From the IMG/VR virus record IMGVR_UViG_3300031953_000036, positions 1 to 43,370 of that record: a stretch of DNA of 43,370 bases. One strand, 5' to 3'. Below are positions 34,857-43,370 of the stretch, piece after piece. Under the pieces are notes generated by a model. That model saw nothing but the letters and a program-made list of their open reading frames with translations, was not told where the DNA came from and did no database searches. Each line of letters starts with the position of its first letter. The stretch's first letter is position 1. Source of the stretch: a virus. Taxonomy: Duplodnaviria > Caudoviricetes. A program made the translations under genes and the position numbers.

Positions 34857-35156
34857 ATGGCGGTAATTGAAGTGAGCGCACCGAATCCACTCGCTGTGGA
34901 CTGCCAGGCCTGTGCCGGCAAAGGTGTTTTTCAGGGGATGTTTCACCGTGGCATCTGCAATGCCTGCGACGGGTTGGGGCTGGTGTGCCGGGCCAGTGGG
35001 GAGCTGCTCGACCCGCTGATTGCCGCGCTGGAACTGCGCCGCCGACTGAACGAGGCCCAGCGCTGGATTGAACTGCCTCGCGCCGCTGCTGCCGGCGGGC
35101 CGGGCGCCGATTATCAGGGCCATCACCGCGGTGGCGGCAACTGGACCGGGGATTGA
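34857..35156 (+). CDS. Zinc-finger protein (DnaJ-type CxxCxGxG)
   Basis: CQACAGKG and CNACDGLG; RBS GAGGT. Confidence 0.7.
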   Translation: MAVIEVSAPNPLAVDCQACAGKGVFQGMFHRGICNACDGLGLVCRASGELLDPLIAALELRRRLNEAQRWIELPRAAAAGGPGADYQGHHRGGGNWTGD

Positions 35157-35238
35157 GCACGGTGCGCTCAGCCATGAAGGCAGCCAAGGTTATGAAGGTC
35201 GAATTTAAAGCCGCAACAGCCGTAGAGAAGGAAGCCGC

Positions 35239-35586
35239 ATGACTCATGTCGACCCGAACGGAACGGATCAGCACGCGCCAGGCGCCAAGCTGGACTGTGG
35301 CAAGGTGCGACCGAGCCTGATCCTTGGCGCTATGCCGCGCGCCTTGCTGGCCGTGGCCGAGGTGGCCACCTATGGGGCCAACAAATACAGCGACGGTGGC
35401 TGGCAGAGCGTGCCGGACGGCGTGAAGCGTTACACCGACGCCCGCGACCGGCATCGCCTGATGGAAGCGGTCGAGCCGCGCGATGCTGAATCGGGGCTGC
35501 TGCATGCCGCCCATGACGCCTGGAACGCCTTGGCGCGGCTGGAACTGTTGCTGCGCGAAGCCATCCCATCGAGGGTGAAAGCATGA
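35239..35586 (+). CDS. DUF5664 / dATP-dGTP diphosphohydrolase-family protein
   Basis: GAKLD.GK..P.L, VAEVATYGANKYS..GW, D.ESGLLHAAH.AWNALA. Confidence 0.85.
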   Translation: MTHVDPNGTDQHAPGAKLDCGKVRPSLILGAMPRALLAVAEVATYGANKYSDGGWQSVPDGVKRYTDARDRHRLMEAVEPRDAESGLLHAAHDAWNALARLELLLREAIPSRVKA

Positions 35587-36176
35587 TGCGACTCAATAGC
35601 GCGCGGGCGGCGTGGCATGACGCCCTGTATACCCGCTGGGACAATCAGGGTGCACACATCGAGCAGCTCGGCCTACTGGGCGCATCGATTCAGAAGACCG
35701 AGCGCATGGTCTGCGCCAGGCATGCGATGCATCAGGCGCTGTCCGCGCACGTCCAGCAGGCTATCGATACGCTGCCGGCGGCCCTCAAGGCGTTCGGCGA
35801 TCATATGTACAGCCCGCTGGCCGGCGATGACGATGCGGAGGATGCGCAAGCGGCGGTGCTGCTGGTTGCGTACCGAGCGGGCGCGCAGATGACCGCCAAA
35901 AAGCTGGCGAAGGCGCGTTATGTGGCGGTCGGCGTGCTGCACCGGTACCGGCGTGTGCACCAGGGTGGGCAGAGCGAGGGGGTCGACCCGCTGCCAAACC
36001 CCGAGGCGTTTCGTGACTGGCTGGAGGAGGTGCACGGCGTTGAGCTGTCATCGGAGCAATGGACGCGGGAGTGGGGCGGCTTTATCCAGCGCTGCATGGA
36101 TGCCTGTAACGATCTGGACAAGGCCGCATTGGTGCCTGTTTCCATCGCAATAAAGACGATGACCATGGCCGCTTGA
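35583..36176 (+). CDS. Putative late antiterminator (Q position)
   Basis: Last nin-region gene, immediately followed by a promoter, terminator and lysis genes. Confidence 0.6.
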   Translation: MMRLNSARAAWHDALYTRWDNQGAHIEQLGLLGASIQKTERMVCARHAMHQALSAHVQQAIDTLPAALKAFGDHMYSPLAGDDDAEDAQAAVLLVAYRAGAQMTAKKLAKARYVAVGVLHRYRRVHQGGQSEGVDPLPNPEAFRDWLEEVHGVELSSEQWTREWGGFIQRCMDACNDLDKAALVPVSIAIKTMTMAA

Positions 36177-36218
36177 CCAAATGTCCGGCTGAGCGCATGA
36201 TTTCGCCTTAGTTAGCAT
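36173..36218 (+). promoter_or_regulatory. Late promoter (pR'-like) with a downstream -10-like pause element
   Basis: TTGACC(36173)-17-CATGAT(36196); TAGCAT at 36213. Confidence 0.55.
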
Positions 36219-36242
36219 TTTGCCTACGGCAAGTTGCTCGAT

Positions 36243-36270
36243 AAGCCCGGCCATCGCGTCGGGCTTTTTT
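36243..36270 (+). terminator. tR'-like terminator
   Basis: AAGCCCGG-CCATCGCG-TCGGGCTT-TTTT. Confidence 0.8.
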
Positions 36271-36339
36271 GTGGGCGCAAATCAAGGCAGACAGCGAAAG
36301 CCGACCAAGGGCTCGCCAGCCTGCGCGCACGCCTATTCA

Positions 36340-36364
36340 GAGCCTCGCTAATTGCGGGGCTTTC
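36340..36364 (+). terminator. Second late-leader terminator
   Basis: AGCCTCGC-TAATT-GCGGGGCT-TT. Confidence 0.55.
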
Positions 36365-36423
36365 TCGTTCCAGCAGGCGCAAGACAGAAAGGCCCTCCTG
36401 CCCAATCAGCAAAGGAAATCACT

Positions 36424-36681
36424 ATGCCTCCCGTTATGCGCGCCAAACTCATTTGCCACGAAATCACCGAAGTACGCTACGCGGGATCTGACAGAGACGA
36501 TCCTCTCTGCGGCGTCCGGTTCGGCGCGGTAAGCGCGGCTCGCGGGGAAGAGGGTGAGAACGCAGTGTTCGGCAAGCTCACGCCCGTGGCTGAGTTCAAC
36601 GCCAAGATCGTCAAGTCGGTTGCTGACCAGCTAGAGCCGGGCAATGCCTATTACCTGGATTTCACCCCGGCAAACATTTAA
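36424..36681 (+). CDS. Hypothetical protein (85 aa)
   Basis: RBS AAGGA; MRAKL...ENAVFGKLTP...YYLDFTP. Confidence 0.75.
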   Translation: MPPVMRAKLICHEITEVRYAGSDRDDPLCGVRFGAVSAARGEEGENAVFGKLTPVAEFNAKIVKSVADQLEPGNAYYLDFTPANI

Positions 36682-36816
36682 CCCCAAGGCCCGCACGCCT
36701 CTTCCTGAAAGCTCAATACGCGGGCAACCTCTTCGGCGCCCATGCCCATGCCCATGCCTTTGCTTACTCACCGGCCTGGCGCACGCCCGCGCCACCCGAT
36801 CCGGAGTTACACGCAT

Positions 36817-37008
36817 ATGAGTCAGGCAGCCCAAGCCACTGTTACTGAGGTGCTCAAGGCGGCCCCGGCGGTAGGTGTTGCGCTCACCGGCGTGACTGGG
36901 GCGGTTGACTGGCCGACCGTTTCTTACATTCTGGTTTCGCTGTACACGCTGCTGCAGATCATTCTGTTGATCCCCAAGTACCGCGAAGCCTGGCGCAAAG
37001 GCGTATGA
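36817..37008 (+). CDS. Holin
   Basis: 63 aa, hydrophobic segments, basic C-terminus, overlaps endolysin. Confidence 0.75.
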   Translation: MSQAAQATVTEVLKAAPAVGVALTGVTGAVDWPTVSYILVSLYTLLQIILLIPKYREAWRKGV

Positions 37009-37460
37009 GGCTGCCGGCTAAGGCGCTGGCCGCCGCGCTGGCGTTGGCCATCCCGGTGGTGAGCGTGTTCGAGGGGCGCAGTCTGGTCGCCTATCTCGAT
37101 CCCGTTGGCATCCCGACCATCTGCGAGGGGATCACCAAGGGCGTGAGGATCGGCCAGACCAAGACGCCGACCGAGTGCGATGCGTTGCTGGCCAAAGAAC
37201 TTGGCGCTGCCATTGCCGCGGTCGATCAGCTGACCACGCGCGCGCAGCCAGATACTCGCCGCGCGGCACTCGGTTCGTTCGTCTACAACGTGGGCTCTGG
37301 TGCATTCGCCACGTCCACTCTGTTGCGCAAATTGAACGCCGGCAACGTGATCGGCGCCTGCGCTGAGCTGAGCCGCTGGGTGTATGCAGGCGGGCGCGTG
37401 TTGGGCGGGCTGGTAAGGCGCCGAGCGGAAGAGCGGGAGCTATGCGAGGTCGGGTTGTGA
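37005..37460 (+). CDS. Endolysin, GH24 lysozyme with SAR-like N-terminus
   Basis: FEG..AYLD.VGIPTIC (E-D-T triad), SFVYNVG, GLVRRR.EE. Confidence 0.93.
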   Translation: MRLPAKALAAALALAIPVVSVFEGRSLVAYLDPVGIPTICEGITKGVRIGQTKTPTECDALLAKELGAAIAAVDQLTTRAQPDTRRAALGSFVYNVGSGAFATSTLLRKLNAGNVIGACAELSRWVYAGGRVLGGLVRRRAEERELCEVGL

Positions 37461-37927
37461 TCCGCTATTTGATCGCTGCGCTGGTCGGCCTGCTGCTGCT
37501 CGCGCTATGGCGAATTGATCATGTGACTGGCGATCGTGACGCCCAGGCAGATGCCCGCGCCACAAGTGAGGCCGCTGCTGATTCGTTGCGCGGCACGCTG
37601 AGGCTTTCCAGGGCCCTGCTCACTGACCGCGATAAGGCGGACGCCGAATTCACCAAGGGACTGAAGGATGCCAAGGACAACAACGACCTGCTGCGCGCTG
37701 ATCTTGCTGATGGCCGTAAGCGGGTGTCAGTCAACGCCGTCTGCGTGCGTGATGCCGCTGATACCAGCGCCGCCGGCAGCGCTGATGCAGGCACCCCACG
37801 ACTTACGCCCAATGCTGCAGAGGCTCGCGCCGATCTCGAGTACGAGGTAGAGGCGCAGCGGCTGCAGATCGTTGGGCTGCAGGGATACATAAAGAGCCTG
37901 TTGGCAGTGATCAATGCCGAGCACTGA
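37457..37927 (+). CDS. Rz: i-spanin
   Basis: N-terminal TM, coiled coil, GRKRVSVNAVC, LQGYI. Confidence 0.85.
   Translation: MIRYLIAALVGLLLLALWRIDHVTGDRDAQADARATSEAAADSLRGTLRLSRALLTDRDKADAEFTKGLKDAKDNNDLLRADLADGRKRVSVNAVCVRDAADTSAAGSADAGTPRLTPNAAEARADLEYEVEAQRLQIVGLQGYIKSLLAVINAEH
37668..37850 (+). CDS. Rz1: o-spanin lipoprotein embedded in Rz (+1 frame)
   Basis: Lipobox VSGC; Pro-rich PLIPAPPAALM. Confidence 0.8.
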   Translation: MPRTTTTCCALILLMAVSGCQSTPSACVMPLIPAPPAALMQAPHDLRPMLQRLAPISSTR

Positions 37928-37987
37928 TCGCCTGCGCTGTCGGGCTGGTCCAGGACGCTAACACGGGTGACATATGCAGGGCAGGCT

Positions 37988-38749
37988 ATGAGTTCCACTG
38001 TAAACGCCCAAGGTATGGACGATGCGCTGGCAGCGCTGGCCAGACTTAGCGGCGACCTGCCTGCCCGGGCGCTGGCCGATGCGCTGAACCACACCTCCAA
38101 CCAGATCCGGCAAGCACTCAGGCCCGAGATGGCTGGGGTGTTTGATCGACCCACCCCGTTCACGCTCAACGCAGTGCGGGTGCTGTTCGCCAAGCCTAAC
38201 CGGCCCGAGGCCGCTGTCTGGGTGAAGGACGAGAAGGATGGCGCGTCCAAGGGCCTGGCGCCCGAGGACTGGGTGGCGCCACAGGTATTCGGTGGGCCGC
38301 GCGCCGCGAAGAAGAGCGAGATGCTGCTGCGGGCCAGAGGCATTCTGCCGGCGGGCATGTTCGTTGTCCCTGGTGCAGGCGCCCAACTGGATGCCTACGG
38401 CAACATGAGCCGCGGGCAGATGACCAAGATCCTGTCCGGCCTGCGAGCCGGGGAGGGCAGCGCGGGCTCAAGCTCGAACGCATCGAACAGCCGACGGTCA
38501 GCGAAGAAGGGCCACGCCAAGGCGTACTTCGTGATACGGCGGGGCGCGACGCCCATCGGCATTGTCGAGCGGCGTGGCAAGAGTACAGCGATGGTGCTGG
38601 CGTTCGTCAGGCAGCCCCAGTACCAGCGGCGCTTGGACTTCCACGGCGTTGCTGGGCGGGTGGCAGCGGCGAACATGGAAACGAACATCAACAAGGCAAT
38701 CACCGATGCGCTGAATGGCCGGCTGCCTGCAGGCCGTCGCGGTCGATAA
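37988..38749 (+). CDS. Tail completion / neck-like protein (gpZ-like) upstream of terminase
   Basis: ALNHT, FDRPTPFTLN, GGPR..K, LDAYGN, Y..RLDF; basic. Confidence 0.6.
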   Translation: MSSTVNAQGMDDALAALARLSGDLPARALADALNHTSNQIRQALRPEMAGVFDRPTPFTLNAVRVLFAKPNRPEAAVWVKDEKDGASKGLAPEDWVAPQVFGGPRAAKKSEMLLRARGILPAGMFVVPGAGAQLDAYGNMSRGQMTKILSGLRAGEGSAGSSSNASNSRRSAKKGHAKAYFVIRRGATPIGIVERRGKSTAMVLAFVRQPQYQRRLDFHGVAGRVAAANMETNINKAITDALNGRLPAGRRGR

Positions 38750-38750
38750 T

Positions 38751-38900
38751 CGCACCAGTTTAGTGCGCTTTATAACGCACTTTTTTAGTGCGTTTTCTGG
38801 TCGGGCTACTGGCGTGCCACATGCAAAACAACCGGGGGCCCCTGAGGAATTTGGGGCTCCCGAGGGTAATTCGAGGCCCGCACTTTCACTATTTATGAAA
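38751..38900. promoter_or_regulatory. Putative cos/packaging region
   Basis: Non-coding region upstream of terS in a lambda gpA-type phage; two CGCAC-N7-GTGCG palindromes; GC-rich dyad segment 38834-38882. Confidence 0.5.
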
Positions 38901-38929
38901 ATTTTCCAGGGGGAGGTTGTTGTTTAGTC

Positions 38930-39472
38930 ATGGCCAAGAATCCACCCCAAAAGCAGCGCGGCTGGCTCAACAAATCCGAGATGGCGGCGAGCCTCGGTGT
39001 CAGCGTCCAGGCGTTTGATAAATGGGGCGTGCAGCCGGCCGACAGGATCGGCCGCGAGGTGTTTTATTCGGCCCGGGCGGTGCTCGATCACCGACTCGCC
39101 CAGCAGTCCCAGAAACAACAACCTGACCTCGATGGCCAAGGCCTCGACCCACTGGCCGAGCACAAGCTGATCCAGGAGCGGCTACGCCTGACATCAGCGC
39201 AGGCGTACTCGCAGGAAAAGAAGAACGAAATCAACGATCGTCAATTAGTCCCTGTCGGCTTCGCGGCGTATGTCCTGGGCCATATCGCCCCGCAAATTTC
39301 CTCAATCTTGGACACCGTGTCCTTAAGGGTTAAGCGCAAGCATCCGGACATGGACCCGCGCTTTATCGAGACCTTTCAGCGTGAGATTGCGGCCGCCAGC
39401 AACCTCGCCGCGGATCTCGGCGACCTCGTTCCGGGGCTTTTAGATGACTATGTCGAGTCCTTGGCTGACTGA
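38930..39472 (+). CDS. terS: Terminase small subunit (Nu1-like)
   Basis: LNKSEMAASLGVSVQAFDKW winged HTH; ERLRLT.AQA. Confidence 0.9.
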   Translation: MAKNPPQKQRGWLNKSEMAASLGVSVQAFDKWGVQPADRIGREVFYSARAVLDHRLAQQSQKQQPDLDGQGLDPLAEHKLIQERLRLTSAQAYSQEKKNEINDRQLVPVGFAAYVLGHIAPQISSILDTVSLRVKRKHPDMDPRFIETFQREIAAASNLAADLGDLVPGLLDDYVESLAD

Positions 39473-41360
39473 ATTACAGAAGGCTATACGCCTGGGGCTT
39501 AGCCCATTCAAAAAAGACGCACCGCTGACCGCCAGCGAATGGGCCGACCGGCATTTTTACCTGAGTTCGGAATCGAGCTATCAGGAAGGCAAGTGGGAAA
39601 CGGCGCCGTTTCAGCTGGCGATCCTGAACGCGATGGGCAACGACCTGATCCGCGAGGTCAACTTCGTGAAGTCGGCGCGTGTCGGCTACACCAAGATGCT
39701 GATGATCAATATGGGCTACAAGGTCCAGCACAAGAAACGCAACGTCCTCAGCTACACGCCAACCGATGCGGACTCAGACGAGCTGATGAAAAAGCACGTC
39801 GATCCGATGATCAGGGACGTGTCGTGCCTGCGCGATCTGGCCCCATGGCACGGCCGCAAGAATCGAGACAACACAGTTGACTCCAAGGTGTTCGCCAACC
39901 GAAAGGTGCTCTGGTGCCTGGGTGGCAAGGCTGCTCGCAACTACCGGGAAAAGAGCCCGGATGAAGTGGTTTATGACGAACTGTCCAAGTTTGACGCCAG
40001 CATTGAGGGCGAGGGCTCGCCTACGTTCCTCGGCGACAAGCGCCTCGAAGGGTCGACGTTCAAGAAGTCGATCCGTGGATCAACGCCCGGCGTGGCCGGC
40101 CCATGCCAAATCACCAAGGCCGCCGATGAAGCATCCCGGCGCCTGCGCTTTCATATCCCGTGCCCGCACTGCGCGGCAGAGCAGGTTCTGAAATGGGGCG
40201 GCAAGGACTGCGAGTTCGGCTTCAAGTGGGAGGTCAACGAATTAAACGAGGCGACGGCCGCTTGGTACGAATGCGAGCACTGCCACAAAAGCTTCGAGTA
40301 TCACCAAGCTATTGAGGCCGCTGGCCGCGGGCGCTGGGTGTGCGAGCGAACCGGCATCTGGACCCGCGATTCTTACGAGTGGTTCAGCGCCGAAAACGCG
40401 CCAGTTCCAACACCCAAGACCACCGCCTGGTACATCTGGACGGCCTACAGCACTTTTACCACCTGGCTGGATATCGTCACCGACTGGCTGAAGATCAAGG
40501 GCGACCGGGAGAAGCTGATCGCCTTCGTCAACACCACCCTGGGCGAAACCTGGGAGGAGGACGAGGGCGAGAAGGTCGAGTGGGAAAACCTCTATGCGCG
40601 GCGTGAAATATGGCCAGACATTCCCGTGCGAGCGGTGCTGCTGACTGGCTTTATCGACACCCAGGACGATCGCTACGAAGGCCGCGTTTGGGCCTGGGCC
40701 GAGGGCGAAGAGAGTTGGCTGGTGGATCGCTGGATCATCTACGGCGATCCGGCCAGCGAAGAGCTGCGCCGTAAAGTCGGGCTGCGCCTGCACCAGAACT
40801 ATCGGCGCGAAGATAGCCAGCTGATGCGCCCGGCCTTGTGGGGCTGGGACTCGGGCGGGCATTACACCGATGAGGTCTATGCCGAGAGCCGCAAGCATGG
40901 GTTGCACTGGGTCATCCCGACCAAGGGCCACAGCATCTACGGCAGGCCGATTGCCGAATTTCCGAAGACTAAAAACAAGCACGGCGTGTACCTGACCATG
41001 ATCGGTACGGACAACGCCAAAGAGCTGATTTACAGCCGCTTCAAGATTCAGCCACAGCCCAATCAAGCCGTACCGGGCTGCATGCACCTGCCGGCCAATG
41101 ACGAGATTTGCGACGATGACGAACTCAAGCAGCTCACCTCGGAAGCGAAAATTTCCAAGATCGAGAAAGGCCGCCGCGTCACCAAATGGGACGCGCGCGG
41201 CCGGCGTAACGAGGCGCTCGACTGCTTTGTCGGTGCGCTGGCCATGGTCCGCATCGCCCAACAGCGGTTCGGCATTGACCTGCGCAGCGCCCCACCACCT
41301 ACCACTCCACCTCCGGCCGCCCGCCGTAGAGCGGCCAGCAGCTACCTGACCCGGCGTTGA
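39444..41360 (+). CDS. terL: Terminase large subunit (lambda gpA family)
   Basis: KSARVGYT, VVYDE, GSTP, CPHC, IDTQDDR, NEALDC. Confidence 0.95.
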   Translation: MTMSSPWLTELQKAIRLGLSPFKKDAPLTASEWADRHFYLSSESSYQEGKWETAPFQLAILNAMGNDLIREVNFVKSARVGYTKMLMINMGYKVQHKKRNVLSYTPTDADSDELMKKHVDPMIRDVSCLRDLAPWHGRKNRDNTVDSKVFANRKVLWCLGGKAARNYREKSPDEVVYDELSKFDASIEGEGSPTFLGDKRLEGSTFKKSIRGSTPGVAGPCQITKAADEASRRLRFHIPCPHCAAEQVLKWGGKDCEFGFKWEVNELNEATAAWYECEHCHKSFEYHQAIEAAGRGRWVCERTGIWTRDSYEWFSAENAPVPTPKTTAWYIWTAYSTFTTWLDIVTDWLKIKGDREKLIAFVNTTLGETWEEDEGEKVEWENLYARREIWPDIPVRAVLLTGFIDTQDDRYEGRVWAWAEGEESWLVDRWIIYGDPASEELRRKVGLRLHQNYRREDSQLMRPALWGWDSGGHYTDEVYAESRKHGLHWVIPTKGHSIYGRPIAEFPKTKNKHGVYLTMIGTDNAKELIYSRFKIQPQPNQAVPGCMHLPANDEICDDDELKQLTSEAKISKIEKGRRVTKWDARGRRNEALDCFVGALAMVRIAQQRFGIDLRSAPPPTTPPPAARRRAASSYLTRR

Positions 41361-41376
41361 TCGCCGCGAGGCCATT

Positions 41377-41601
41377 ATGAGCACAGCCCAACAGCGCCTG
41401 GCCGAAGTCCGGGCGTCGATAAAAGACGTCCTCGAAAATGGCCAGTCCATGCGCAAGGGCGACCGTCAACTCGACCGCGCAGCGCTGGCCAGCCTGCGCA
41501 TGCTCGAAGAGCAATATGCAAAGTCGGCGGCCCAGGAAATTGCCGCTGCCGCCACACGCCCGCGTATCACGCGCCTGTACCGCGCAGGGAAGGGGATCTG
41601 A
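41377..41601 (+). CDS. Head completion protein (gpW-like)
   Basis: 74 aa between terL and portal. Confidence 0.7.
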   Translation: MSTAQQRLAEVRASIKDVLENGQSMRKGDRQLDRAALASLRMLEEQYAKSAAQEIAAAATRPRITRLYRAGKGI

Positions 41602-43073
41602 TGGCCCGAAGCAAGGGGATTTCCGCTCGCATCAAGACGCGCATCCAGAACAGCTATGAGGCGGCCGGCACTGGACGCCGCGCCGCTGGCTGGGATGCGC
41701 CAGAGGGCGCACTGAACGCCATCGCTATTCCGGCCCTGCCGGCCCTGCGTAAGCGCTCGCGCGCGGCGGTGCGTAACGACCCATATGCCTTCAGCGCGAT
41801 CAGCAAGCGCGTCAGCAACATCATCGGCACCGGCATCACCCCGCGTGCAACGATCGAGGATGCTGCGGTCCGTACCGCCCTGCGCCAGCTCTGGGAGGAC
41901 TGGACGGATGAGTCCGACGCCGATGGCGTGGGCGACTTCTACGGCCAGCAGGCATTGATTGCCCGCATGGTCGAGGAGAGCGGCGAGTGTTTTGTGCGGC
42001 TGCGTTATCGCCGACCAGAGGACGGCTATGTTGTCCCGCTGCAACTGCAGCTGCTGGCCGCCGAGTACGTGCCGACCGACAAGAACTTCAAGACCCGGGC
42101 CGGCAATATCGTTCGCGCCGGAATCGAATTCAACGCCCTCGGTCAGCGGGTGGCGTACTGGATGTATGACACCCACCCCGGTGATCCATCAGCCAGCAGC
42201 TACACCTACAACACCCTGCACCGAATTTTGGCCAGCGACGTGCTGCACATTTTCGAGCCCACCGAAGCCGGCCAGTTGCGCGGGGTGCCGCGCCTGGCGC
42301 CGGTGCTGCTGCGACTCAAATCGCTAGACGGCTACGACGATGCGGTGCTGTTTAGACAGGAGGTCTCCAACCTGTTCGCCGGCTTCATCACCAAAAAAGC
42401 ATCGGGCGAAACCTTGCCGGGCATCGATTCGCTCACCGGCCTGCCGGTGGTTGCCGACCGTGACGGCGCGCCCCTGGTCGGGCTGGAGCCCGGATCGATG
42501 CAGGAGTTGGGGGAGGGCGAGGAAGTCCAGTTCTCCGACCCGCCAGACGCTGGCAACACCTATGTCGACTTTATGCGGCAACAATTGCAGGCCGCGGCGG
42601 TCGGTGTGGACCTGCCGTACGAGCTGCTGACCGGCAACATGGGCGACATCAGCGACCGCGTGCTGCGGGTGCTGCTCAACGATTTCCGCCGGCGCATCGA
42701 GCAACTGCAATTCAGTGTCTACGTGTTCCAGCTATGCCGCCCAGTACGTGCGGCCTGGCTGGATACGGCGGTGCTAGCCGGCTCTATCACGCTGCCGGAC
42801 TACACCACGCGCCGCCGCGACTACCTGCGCACGCGTTGGGTGCCGCAAGGCCACCCGTATATCCACCCGGTACAGGACGTGGAGGGCAAGTTGAAAGAGA
42901 TCAACGGCGGTCTGAATAGTCGCAGCGAGCATGTTTTGCGCACTGGCTACGACGCCGAAGAGATCGACGAAGAAAACGCCCAGGACAACCAGCGCGCCCA
43001 GAAATTGGGGCTCAATTACAACCGCACCGGCACGCCCACGCCGCTACCGGCACCCGATAAAGAGGACGATTGA
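41601..43073 (+). CDS. Portal protein (lambda gpB family)
   Basis: YEAAG.GRR..GW, ESGECFVR, GIEFN..G, GQLRGVP, IHPVQD. Confidence 0.95.
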   Translation: MARSKGISARIKTRIQNSYEAAGTGRRAAGWDAPEGALNAIAIPALPALRKRSRAAVRNDPYAFSAISKRVSNIIGTGITPRATIEDAAVRTALRQLWEDWTDESDADGVGDFYGQQALIARMVEESGECFVRLRYRRPEDGYVVPLQLQLLAAEYVPTDKNFKTRAGNIVRAGIEFNALGQRVAYWMYDTHPGDPSASSYTYNTLHRILASDVLHIFEPTEAGQLRGVPRLAPVLLRLKSLDGYDDAVLFRQEVSNLFAGFITKKASGETLPGIDSLTGLPVVADRDGAPLVGLEPGSMQELGEGEEVQFSDPPDAGNTYVDFMRQQLQAAAVGVDLPYELLTGNMGDISDRVLRVLLNDFRRRIEQLQFSVYVFQLCRPVRAAWLDTAVLAGSITLPDYTTRRRDYLRTRWVPQGHPYIHPVQDVEGKLKEINGGLNSRSEHVLRTGYDAEEIDEENAQDNQRAQKLGLNYNRTGTPTPLPAPDKEDD

Positions 43074-43370
43074 TGAACATCATCTGTAAGCACCGGCTCG
43101 CCTTGGCTGCCTCGTTGGCCATCAATGGCGTGCAGGCCTTCGCGCAAGACCTCAAGGTCCTGCTCCCGCGCATCATGAACCGCGCCCCAGGCGCCTCGAC
43201 CGTCCAGGCCGAGCACTGGTACAGCATTCGCGCCGCCGCAGAAGGCGCGCCGCCGGGCATTGAGGTGCTGATCTATGGCGAGATTGGCGAGTGGGGCATC
43301 ACCAGTGCGGATTTCATGCGCGACCTGAATGCCGTTGACGATGGGGTTTCGCCGATTGTGGTCGGCTTTG
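43073..43370 (+). CDS. 5' part of the ClpP-like head protease (continues at position 128)
   Basis: TGATG coupling to portal; MNIICKHRL...WYSIRA...IEVLIYGEIG in frame with ORF 22..1071. Confidence 0.88.
   Translation, partial: MNIICKHRLALAASLAINGVQAFAQDLKVLLPRIMNRAPGASTVQAEHWYSIRAAAEGAPPGIEVLIYGEIGEWGITSADFMRDLNAVDDGVSPIVVGF
43244..43370. repeat. Terminal direct repeat (circular assembly overlap), right copy
   Basis: Identical to 1-127. Confidence 0.97.

Noticed and set aside
35239-35586. Z-base (2-aminoadenine) genome
   Set aside because: No purZ or phage polymerase; a temperate phage relying on host replication

Overview
The window is a complete, circularly permuted temperate lambdoid phage genome of about 43,243 bp. 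Bases 1-127 are repeated exactly at 43244-43370, an assembly overlap that splits the ClpP-type head protease gene. The host is probably Pseudomonas or a close relative, inferred from the attP tRNA-Leu(TAA) fragment, the GC content and the gene families. Gene order is lambda-like: head, tail, attP-int-xis, an early-left operon with a C5 DNA methyltransferase, the cI/cro switch with five TAACCG-N-CGGTTA operators, O/P replication genes with iterons, a nin region, a Q-like gene and late promoter, holin/endolysin/Rz/Rz1, cos, terminase and portal. Best candidates for follow-up: (1) a P22 immI-like module inside the tail operon, with mnt-, arc- and ant-like genes, overlapping divergent promoters, an operator and a predicted sar-like antisense RNA, which also carries a TerB-BRCT-TerB-like cargo gene; (2) a coupled two-gene cassette in the rexAB position downstream of cI, followed by an orphan antitoxin-like gene with a single internal stop, a candidate prophage defence system; (3) a 3 x 44-bp array of GTCCC-N6-GGGACT palindromes with matching copies in the pL leader, next to two RHH-like genes in the cII position; (4) a 400-nt highly structured pL leader with boxA but no recognisable N, plus two further structured-RNA candidates; (5) a second intact tyrosine recombinase in the nin region whose 3' flank resembles the attP arms. 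All family assignments are by eye from motifs and synteny; no database searches were run.
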